Position numbers and translations under genes: made by a program. The notes under the pieces were generated by a model. The model was given only the letters and a program-made list of their open reading frames with translations. It had not been told where the DNA came from and made no database searches. Positions 53,475-64,000 of a stretch of DNA of 64,000 nt are shown here, in pieces. Numbering within the stretch: position 1 is the stretch's first letter; every line of letters starts with the position of its first letter. This DNA comes from Proteromonas lacertae (lineage: Eukaryota), in assembly GCA_002245135.1 (NCBI GenBank), contig NGBS01000017.1, positions 62,001-126,000 of the forward strand, in the 5' to 3' direction.

Positions 53475-56400
53475 ATGGAATGTCTTGATGAATATTGTGG
53501 AGAAGATGAAGAAAGTCGAAGTGAGAAAGAAATCGTATAAAAATAGTTTATAATTGATAATAGTGTAGTATATCAGCACGATGGAAGAACATATTTGAAA
53601 TATGCCATAGTGGTGCATACTGGTTATTTCCTTGTGCCAATTATGTGTGTATTTACTGTTTATCAAACAATTCGGTATATATTTAAGGATATTATTAATT
53701 AGTGCAACAAAATTAAGATATGTGATCCACCAGAGATAGTGTCAGGCTATTGTTTTTGTGGAAATACTCGAATATGTGTAGGTAGTAAGAATGGTGATAT
53801 ATATATAATTGACAAAGAAGGAGGAGATGATGATCTATATATAGAATGGAATATAAAATTATCGTTTCATTTTTATAATGGTAGTTTAACTCGATTGAAG
53901 ATTTCATTACCTGCTTATAGTGGTTCAAATAGTTCAGATGATATATCACAATCCTTAAAAACTGATTTGAGTTATTATTGTTTAACAGGCATAGCAAGTG
54001 ATAGTATATTTTTTCAAATTCCTTTATCTGCAATTGATCTGATGATATCCAAAGAAATATCATTTACTGAATTATTGAAAAATAATGTAATACAAAAGTA
54101 CAGTTTAACAAGTCTTACTTCAATATATGACTATGTATTTTGTCCTAATTTACCAAATCATTGTGGATACAATGGCTATACCGCTAATAACAGTTGTAAT
54201 GAATATATTTACCCTAAATCAGAATCTTCTAACTTATTAGTCTGTGGAAAATATCCAATTTTAACACTCTATCAACCTGGTTCAAAAAACAATAATTTCA
54301 ATCTTCGAACCATTATCGCCAATTTGGCTAATAAAATATCTAATACTGTTACTAATGTATATTTTCAATTAAAAAAGAGTTGGGGATTTGGATTTGGTGG
54401 TAATAGTGGAAATTCTAGTGGAAATTCGTCTAGTAACAGTAATCTCGTATCTCCTAATGCAGATGATAATATAGATTATACGTTATTACTTTCTTCAACA
54501 ACAATAGCTTCTGAATCCATTGTATCAGATCCAACAAGAATAATCGACACTTTAATCTGTGATCCAACACTAAGATATTGTGTAAGTAAAGATAATTTTG
54601 GTAGAGTCTTGCTAATAGATATAAATCGAAATGTAATATTACAAATATGGAAAGGTTATAGAGATGCTGATTTTGGTTGGTTTGAAGCACCAGAGATATG
54701 GGAAGGACAATGGGACAAATCTAAGGACGAGCCTACAAGCCTAGGAATTGGAGAATGGGGTATTTACTTAGTAATATATGCACCACGTAGGAATTCAATA
54801 GAAATATTTCGAATGAATCAGTGTAAAAGAGTGTATATCAAAATGTTGGATGAAAATGATAAATATTATATAAGGACAATTTCTAGTGAAGGTCCATTAT
54901 CGCATTTATTAAATATTCCAACAAAATGTTATTTAATAAAAGAAAATATCACTAATAATATGAATGAAATGAAATTGATTGAAATGAAATTACCACTTCA
55001 TTCATTGGATTTTATATATATGAAGAAATATTCAAAATCATTGGCAAAAGATAATTATTATATGAAAATATTATTAAAATTGCTAACAAACGATAAAATT
55101 GATGAGAAGTTGATAAATGAAGTGAAAAAAATAATAGAAATAAGTGATTTATCTCCACTGAAGTTAAAAGAAGAAGATATAGAATCAAATGATATTTTGA
55201 TATTAAAAATTGTATTTTTAATTCAGTCTTCCATATTATTGAAACATATTTTAAAGAAGATAGAGAAAGGAGGATTATATAATCTCTCTGAAAATTTAAT
55301 TAGAAATATCACAGATACTATTTATCAAAGAGTAAATATAGAAATAAACAGAATAACAACATCCGATGAGTATGAAGAAAATGAAAATGGTATTAAAGAT
55401 TTGCTTTTATCTTCATATGAAAGTGTGAGATGGAGTTTGAAATGTAAATTACATTTGTTGGATATATATGATAATATCAATAACAAATATTACAACGATA
55501 TAATAAAGAATGAAGATAATCTGAAAATAGAAGAAATATTTAATGAAGAGTATAAAGATGATAATAAGGTAATAGAAAGAATAATGAAATTGAAAGAAAT
55601 ATGTAATAATACAATAAAATTGAATAAGAATGATGATGGGGATTGGAAATTACAAGTTATGAAGCCAGTAATGTTTTTATGTTGTTTAGAAGCTTCCTCT
55701 TCCTCTGAATCACTCACAAAAGAAGAAAAAGAAGAAATAATTAAGTATGAATTTAGATCTAACAATATATCTGAATCTACTTCTATATTATTTGCATCTT
55801 ATTTGTTTCAATTGTTGTTATTTAATCCAGATAAAATTGAAGAAATATACATTATACAGAATGAATTGTATTTATCTAATGAAACAATGATTATTCTTTC
55901 ATATCTATGGATTAGTTCAATTCCATTTCAACAAATTATCAAATTTCCATTTTCAATATATAATAAATGGTTATCACTCTTTGAAAAAGATTTAAATACT
56001 AGTGCAACTTCACTAGATTCATTTATATATGATTCAATTGTTAGCTATGTTATGAAATCCAATAATCTGTTAAATACACTATTATATATTGATAATATTC
56101 AACAATATTGTAATAATAATATAAACAGCGATAAATGGGATAATTTATTATACAAAATCAACACTACAATTGGACTATCAATCATTCATGGAAGCAGATT
56201 TACCATCTCAGATATAACTCAAAACTCTATCTTTGATTTGATTAATCAATTGTTTTATCATTTTAATCATAAATATAATGTATTAGAAGAGACATTAATG
56301 AAATTGAAGAATGAAATGAAAGATGTAAATAATAATGATAATAGAGAAAATGTATATGGTGATATAAACATATCTGATGATGTTTTAAAAATAGAGTCGT

Positions 56401-57605
56401 TATTCAAAATATTACCGTTTCAATATTTAAATGTTGATTTGTTATGGTTTAATTTCATCAATAGTTTATTAAGGAATTATGATTATCAGAATAATATGAA
56501 TGAATTTGATGAAATATACAACTTAATATCTTATATCGATGATAAACAAATGAAAAGAACTGTACTTTATATGTTATGGAATGATTATTTATATCCAATA
56601 ATGAGATCTATTGTTGAAACAAAAGAAGAAAGTTCAAGTAATGCAACTACACCAACAAGTAATTATTTTTCCAACATGAATAATAGTGATAATATATTGA
56701 GATATAAAATGATAATTATTCAATACTCTATATCAACATTAACAGATATTAAAGCAACAATTGATGGTAAAGACACTGAAACAGAAGAAGAAAAAGAAGA
56801 AAAAGAAAAAGAAAAAGAGATTATTTTAACAGATCTATTTCCATCCAATAATTTCTTCAATCTTCACTTAGAAACTATCCAAAACTATATCAACAATTAT
56901 AGTAAGTCAAATATCTATTCAAATATAAGTATTGATATTCATTTGTTGTATTTCCGAATAATTCGATTACTTCTACCATCAGGTGACTTATTTCCTAATC
57001 AATGGATTGAATTGTTGGATATATTCAAATGTAAAGATATTCTATTAACACCTAATTCATTATTGAAGACAGTGTTTATAAAAGATGAGATTTATGAGAA
57101 TAATGTAAAGAATATAATAAGTTCTGAAGATGCAATAAACTTCTTAATTAAAATATTAGAAGTTCATTCAGATATTGCATATGATTTAGGATATTTGTTA
57201 AATATTGATGAAAATCAAATCAAAATAGAAACATGTCGAATTTACTATTTACATAACAATGACGATGAAGGTGAAAAAATATATAATGAAATTGATGATA
57301 AGAATAATATTAATCCTGCTTTATTCTATCTTATAAGACAAAGATTATCATTTTATATATATTTCTTAACAGAAACAAGAATGAGAGAATTAGAAATGAA
57401 AATTGATATGAAAATATTGAAATGGATTAGAAAAGCTATTCCAAAAGATTCATCCAAAATACCATCAGAACCATTACCATATACATTGAAAGATATTAGT
57501 AAACTAATCAATCTCATTATGACAAGTAGTAACAACAGTGAAAAAGTGAATTATGATGGAATTTCAATTGATGATTTAGATAAAGTATGTAGTTCATTAC
57601 TTTGA
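53475..57605 (+). CDS. RAB3GAP2: Rab3 GAP non-catalytic subunit
   Basis: DPTR...DNFGRVLLID...IWKGYRDADFGW...LVIYAPRRNSIEIF. Two upstream GT-AG introns link to ATG 53475. Confidence 0.88.
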
Positions 57606-57887
57606 TAATATTATTTGATTTATATATATATAATTGTTTGCTTATTTTGTTGTAATAGAATCAAAATCAGTAATTATTAGTTTAATAAACATTTTTAGGA
57701 GTTAAATCACAATATGGCAGAGTATTTTTATTATAATACATATAATCAATAAAGCTAAAGTGATTATGTGTTGAATAAAAATCGAAACACAATTAAATGT
57801 TTCACAGGCTTTTTCTTTTCTTTTTATTACAAGAACAGATTAACTACATGATGTATTATTATTATAAACAGCAATAAATACAACATA

Positions 57888-59542
57888 CTACATAAGAAAT
57901 TGAAATTTATTATTTTCTTTACTCATTCTCTCCAACACACTATTAATCCAGTCTTTATTCATTTCACATAAAATATTCTTCACTTTCATCATTTCATTTT
58001 TCATTTCATCATTCATACTGTCTTTCCCCATTACTATCATGATTATACCTTCCATTATTACACAAATATAACCATTTTCTACCACTTTATTATTCTTTAA
58101 TATTATCATTATTAATTCCCATAGTGCAATACAGATTTTATCATTAACATATCTACTTTTTTCAATTAACATAGGTATTAATTCTTTTATATATAATGAT
58201 GATATGCTTTTATATTCACTGAACAGAAATGATAAAGTATTTATATATAAAATTGATATATTTTCATTTTTAATCAGTCTAACATATTCTAATAATTCTT
58301 TTATTAAATCATTCTTTTCTTCTATTTATAACAATATAAATATATAATTATGTTTTTTTATACTTTCATCTAATAATGACGAGATATTCTCATAACATTT
58401 TAATGTTAATTCTAATATCTTATATTTCTCACTTACTATTGTGTGTTTTAGTAATTGTTGGATTATTTTTATATTCCATTTTATTTCACTTTTCGTACTT
58501 AAACATAAACACTTATATAATATATAAACACCTTCATATATCAAATTTTCTTCATTTTTTATATTGAACAACTTACTTAATAATGGAATAATTGAATTAA
58601 TAAAATCAATTTCGTAATTCAATATCTCAATATGATTCAATAAATATTTTATACAGAAAATACTAAATGGTTTTACATCATAATATTTGAAAAAAGACAT
58701 GTAATTGGATAATAATTGTTTGTTATATTTTTGTAATAATGAAGAAATATCTTTCAATTCAGTTGTCTATATATTTATATATTTATATATATATATATAA
58801 ATACATATAATTTTGGTAGTAAATTCTTTATATTCTCTCTTATTAAAGAATTACTCCATTTCACATTTGACCAATCATATAATGATATTAAACATAACAG
58901 TTCTACTTTTTCATTATTATTAATCCTTTCTTCTTCTTCTTCTCTCATATTAATTACATGCAATAAACATTTCCATAATATTTCATTTATTGATAATTTT
59001 ATATCATCAACTGCACTGTATTCTATATTCTATTCCAAATCATTACATTATATAAAAATAATATACTTTTAATTCATTAGATATGAATGATAAACATTCA
59101 CTTTTATCTTCTTTATTTATAACGGAATTACTGATAAAGATGGATAAGATAAGAATCGAATTGTATTTGTTCACTATAATTTCATTATTTCTTGCCTTTA
59201 TCACTTCAACTACTTTTAATATGGATAGTTTATGTGATAATTCTACTATAAAGTCATATATCTATTATAGCAAATAAATTCAAAACAATACGTATTGGTA
59301 ACTACTTTCATTCTTTCTATAACTGTGATTCGGGAGATCGACCAAACATAAACAATCAACCAACATTTTTACAACCTCATTAACAGCTTTATTACTAACA
59401 TCATTTGATATTCTCTAATCATAATTTAAATCACTAACTATACTTCTTTTACTCTGTCAATAATTGTTTTTATATTTTCATATAAATCATCATCATTCAT
59501 CTTATTTTTTTCTAATGAGCAAGCATTTTCACCTTCACACAT
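57888..59542 (-). CDS. Alpha-helical ARM/HEAT-like protein (possibly Tti2-like)
   Basis: Five GT-AG introns join the ORFs into one frame with a helical-repeat pattern. Family assignment is weak. Confidence 0.55.
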
Positions 59543-59705
59543 CGATAAATATTGAAATTTAAAAAGAATGTAAATTTGACCTAAATTACCATAGAATTAC
59601 AAAATGTAATAAAAAAGTATTATAAAAAAGTATAATGTAAGAATTTACATCAAAAATGAGAATAAACATCACAATCTACAACAAAGAAATTATAAATTTA
59701 TTAAT

Positions 59706-61112
59706 TTAATTACAATCAGAAATCAACGCTTTAGAAGAAGAATCTTCACTGCTTTCTCTTGTTAAATTCTGTCTTCTCCTCTTCCATTCAATAACAGCAA
59801 CAAAGAACAACACACTTGCAACACCAACACTACTAAACACCATTATGATGATAAAGGTGTAATTCTGAACTTTTTTATTATTTTCTTCATCTTTTGGAGG
59901 ACAGCTTATCTGACCAAAATCATTTATATCTTTTCTATAATTTTCTGATAATATTTCACCATTTACATCACGTATATAACTATAACAACTTTCATTTTTA
60001 TATAAAACTATTGCTCTCGTACCAACTACTTCACCATATCCAGAATATCCTGTTTTAGCTCCAAAACTTAGATTTATTCCATAATAATTTAAAGTGTAGT
60101 CATTTTGATGATTGTGACCTACATATACACCTAAAATATTGTTTCTAAATAAAATAAAATATAATATTTTATATACTGCTCAATCATCGCTGTTATTAAA
60201 CCAGTGTTTATTCTTGGACAACTTACTTCTTCTGTATGATTTCCACTTATATCAAATATCTAAATAAATAATTAAAATATTATTATTATTACGTTTGTTC
60301 CATAAAAAAATTCTGGTGGAGGAATATGTAAAAATGCAATTCCTTTAATTGTCTTATTATTGTTTAACTCATTCAATTCTTTACTTTTATTAACATACCA
60401 TTTTATTACATCAGGATGAACACATCCCCAAGTATTTGTTACGTTTAAACATTCATTATTCATTGAGTCAAAAAACCATAAAATCATTTCCATTTTTTCA
60501 TCTTTTTCATCATAGATTGGGATAAAATAGTAAAAAAAAAGAAATTATGGAAATTATAATGATAAATAAATATAAAATGATATATTTGTAGTTCCATGAA
60601 TACTATTTGGTCCTTTTTCAGTCATTGAATATGGATTAGTCTGATCTAACTCAATTATTTCATCTCTAGATAAATCATTCTACTTAAATAAATAAATAAT
60701 TATCTATAAATATACACCAACATCGTGATTTCCAAATATATAGGCATATGGCACTCCAACAGAAGTAACTGGTTGTGTATAGTTTTCCCAAGCAGTTTTA
60801 AAAAATCCTTCGTTTTTACTACGCTTTGTATAATCAGAAACCATGTCTCCTGTAAATACAACAAAATCTGGTTTCTCGAGCTTTAGATTTTGTAATTGAA
60901 GTCTGTTACATAATGCATCCATCTCATTATCTTCTCCATAATGAATATCAGTAATCTAAATGTATTATTATTCAAAAAATATACTTGAGTTATTTTAAAA
61001 GATCCATCATCTTTGAATTTTATATGTTGTGTGTATTTACAAGAAACATATACAATCAAAGTATATCTAAAATATATCTAAAATATTCAAATACATGAGA
61101 AAATAAAACATT
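59706..61112 (-). CDS. Calcineurin-like metallophosphoesterase (PAP29/Dcr2-like) with signal peptide and C-terminal TM
   Basis: DGSFKITQITDIHYGE, PDFVVFTGD, FGNHD, GTTNY, WFFDS, FLHIPPPE, VGHNHQND, TGYSGYG. Contains an AT-AC intron at 60530-60583. Confidence 0.9.
60530..60583 (-). other. AT-AC (U12-type) intron, 54 nt
   Basis: ATATCATTTT...TTTCCATAAT...TTTTAC. Removal deletes in-frame stops and gives GTTN|YFIPIY. Confidence 0.85.
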
Positions 61113-61412
61113 AAATATCAAACAGTTTGAGAAGTAATCAAGCCTATATGTATCTTTATGAGATAAGAAACTATTTAAAAAGAGTTATATCTTTTTATTG
61201 TGTATATTACAACAATGCGCTGAGCTACACCGAAATGTGAAGTAAAATTATAGACATTTGATATATCTGAATATTTTAATTGTAAGTATTTATTTATCAA
61301 CAGCAGATCATATTCAACCAATTTTATTCTAAATGCATCAACGATCATCTCAATAAATAGAATTTAAATGTTTATCTTCGAGCTTTGTTTGATTACATTT
61401 TTCTTTTTGGTT

Positions 61413-62076
61413 ATGTTTGCATATTTCAGCAGAAATTTAACCCCAATAGCTGTTTCTTCGGTAAGAACAGCTAGAATGTTTGCAGCTAATGCAAGTGTAT
61501 TACCAAGAGTATTCTTTGATATAAAAATAAACAATAAAGATGCTGGAAGAATGGTTTTTGAAGTATAAACCATCTATAAATAATCCTATTAGTTAAGATC
61601 TGATGTAGTACCAAAAACAGCTGAAAACTTCAGACAATTATGTACTGGCGAAGCAGGTATGGGAAAGCAAGGTGTTCCATTACATTATAAAGGTAGTAAA
61701 TTTCATAGAATAATTCCTGAATTCATGGTTCAAGTATTCTATCATGTATATTTGTTAATAGGGAGGTGATTTCACAAGAGGTGATGGTCGTGGTGGTGAA
61801 TCTATTTATGGTAGATCATTTCCAGATGAATCCTTTGCCTTGAAACATACTGGACCTGGTGATTTATCAATGGCTAATGCAGGTCCAAATACAAACGGAA
61901 GTCAATTCTTTATTACTACAATTCAAACAGCTTGGTTAGATGGACATCATGTTGTATTTGGAAAGCTAGTAGAAGGAATGAGTGTGTTAAAATTGATCGA
62001 AAGTCAAGGAAGTGAATCAGGAAAACCAAAATCTGAAGTAGTTATTTCTGATTGTGGGGAAATAAAGACAAATTAA
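61413..62076 (+). CDS. Cyclophilin with N-terminal mitochondrial-type presequence (CypD-like)
   Basis: [53 protein letters not shown]. Arg/Ser/Ala-rich, acid-free leader. Confidence 0.93.
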
Positions 62077-62180
62077 TCAATAATGTTGTTTTGATATGTT
62101 TTATTAGTGATTTACAACAATAATTTCAAAATCAATTATCAAACTTTTGCTTGACAATTTCTGTTTGATTTTGTTCCTTC

Positions 62181-64000
62181 ATGAACGAGGCTCCTAGGCG
62201 TCGTGGAAGACCACGAAAGAATCCAATTCCATGCGATAACCGTAAAGGCTCGTATTATGATATTTACAAGGCTCCTTCCTTTATGAGTCAGACATGGACT
62301 AAAGAAGAGGATAGAGTATAACAATTTAAATATAATAAATTAATTTATAGGAAATATTACAATATGCGGAAAAATCAAACAAGAATTGGTTTTCTGCACC
62401 TTCTTATTTTCATACTGTTGGTAAAAGAACTCCATTTGATTATTCAAGACGTTACAATTATTTAACACAAATAAAAAACCAATGGACACCCCTTGAAGAT
62501 GACAAATTAGTTCAATTAGTAAGTCAATTCGGAGATCACAACTGGCAAGCTGTTTCTAAATCATTGCCAGGTCATACAGCAAAGCAATGTTGTATAAGGT
62601 ATTCAGGATTATTAGCTTCGCAAGCAACAGAGCCATGGACAGAAGAAGAAGATCAAATTATATATAATCTATATAGTAACTATGGAACTCAATACGCTAA
62701 ATATATCTCAGAATTACCAGGACGAACTTTAGATGAAATAAAGGTGCATACAATGAATTTAATTCAACAATCTCCAAATGACACTATCAACACCAATAAT
62801 GATGAAGAAGAAATATTAGACGTATTATCAGAGACAAAATCATTACCACAAATATCCTCAACTAGTCCACATAAAACATTTTTGAAATTAGATGAAAAAC
62901 CAGAAGTTTATCAAAGAGCAGTAAAAGCAGTATCTTATTATAATAGTAAATATTTAGAAGATGAAAGGAAAAGAAATGAAAAATTAATCAATTTTGAATT
63001 AAATAATTATCATTTAAAAAAGATTGAAAAATTATTACAAGATAAAAATGGTAAATCTCAACAACAACTTCCTCAACAGCAGCAGCAACAACAACAACAA
63101 CAATCTCAGTATAATAATAATTACAATAATCTCAATGAAATCTCGCCAAGATATTATTATGGAAATGATTTCTTAGATAATAATGGTATTGGTGATGAGT
63201 TTCAAAATAATCCATATTTATTATCATCATCATCATATTCTCCACGTTTACCATTTACACAGCCAAGCCAACATAGTCATCATCCACACCAACAACAACA
63301 AACTCCAACTATGTCATCTACATCACCTTCATCTTCTTATTATATTAACAACAACAACAATAACAATGACAATATGATGAATATGATGATGATGGGTATG
63401 ATGAATGATGATAATATGATTATTTCACCTCGTCTATCTCCAAAGACATCTCCACGATTATTAAGATCAAGAACACCATCTCCACGACCTGTAGATCGAT
63501 ATATTGTTGATGATAATCCATTACTTTCATCAACAAATTATAATTCTTACAATAATAATAATAATAATAATAATGGTTATTACTATTATAACGGTGTATT
63601 ATATAATGATATTAGTCCAAGATATTCTCCTCGAGTTATATCTCCAAGATTACTAAGTGGTAGTGGTGGTAATACTAATCCAGGTGATATTTCTCCATCT
63701 TTAAATGATTTATTTAATAGCAATAACAATAATATAATTGATAATGCATTTGGATTATCAGATTTAAATACCAGTAATAACAATAGCAATATTTCTCCTA
63801 AATATAATAGTAATAATAATTATGAATATTTACCATCTCCTAATATATCACCAAGGTCAGCTACACTTGGTAATATAGAAACTCCTCTATCAGCTATATC
63901 GGAAGGATCATTGAAGAATTTTTGGCAAGAAATGGATGATAATGATTATAAACAACAACAGAAGCAGCAGCAGAACAACAACAACAGTTACCTCCACCAC
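62181..64000 (+). CDS. AT-hook + three-repeat Myb transcription factor (runs off window; missed by ORF track)
   Basis: RRGRPRK, WTKEED, WTPLEDDKL...WQAVSKSLPGHTAKQC, WTEEED. One GT-AG intron, followed by a long N/Q/SP-rich region. Confidence 0.85.

Noticed and set aside
1..64000. Alternative genetic code, or rRNA/tRNA genes
   Set aside because: TAA, TAG and TGA all end genes and in-frame stops resolve as introns. No RNA gene was recognisable by eye, and Infernal/tRNAscan were not run.

Overview
Very AT-rich (roughly 20-25% GC by eye), gene-dense eukaryotic nuclear DNA. It uses the standard code and has many tiny (~24-40 nt) GT-AG introns, consistent with a Blastocystis/Proteromonas-like stramenopile (inference). 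The ORF track fragments or misses most genes, so I reconstructed the splice junctions by hand. Housekeeping genes: NEK kinase, RPEL protein, SDR, tandem CNBD K+ channel, Cwc24/RNF113, glucosidase II alpha, ITPK1, condensin CAP-H2, Raptor, RAB3GAP2, a metallophosphoesterase, cyclophilin and a 3R-Myb. Interspersed accessory content: (i) a family of pseudokinase-LRR genes (3 copies plus a fragment) with mosaic sequence and intron gain/loss, two of them linked by an inverted ~2.2 kb duplication that carries the 3' end of Raptor; (ii) two tandem membrane-anchored TPR genes built from 111-nt phase-0 one-repeat exons; (iii) a BTB-Ig-SPRY gene; (iv) a lipase-PX-Rubicon-homology fusion; (v) an intact hAT transposon with TIRs and an 8-bp TSD. 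The most striking hidden signal is three longer (50-62 nt) non-GT introns in unrelated genes. All start with the same ATATCATTTT, have U12-like branch sites and end in AC, AA and probably AT/AA, pointing to a divergent minor spliceosome. Scattered single-base homopolymer indels look like assembly errors and limit pseudogene calls.
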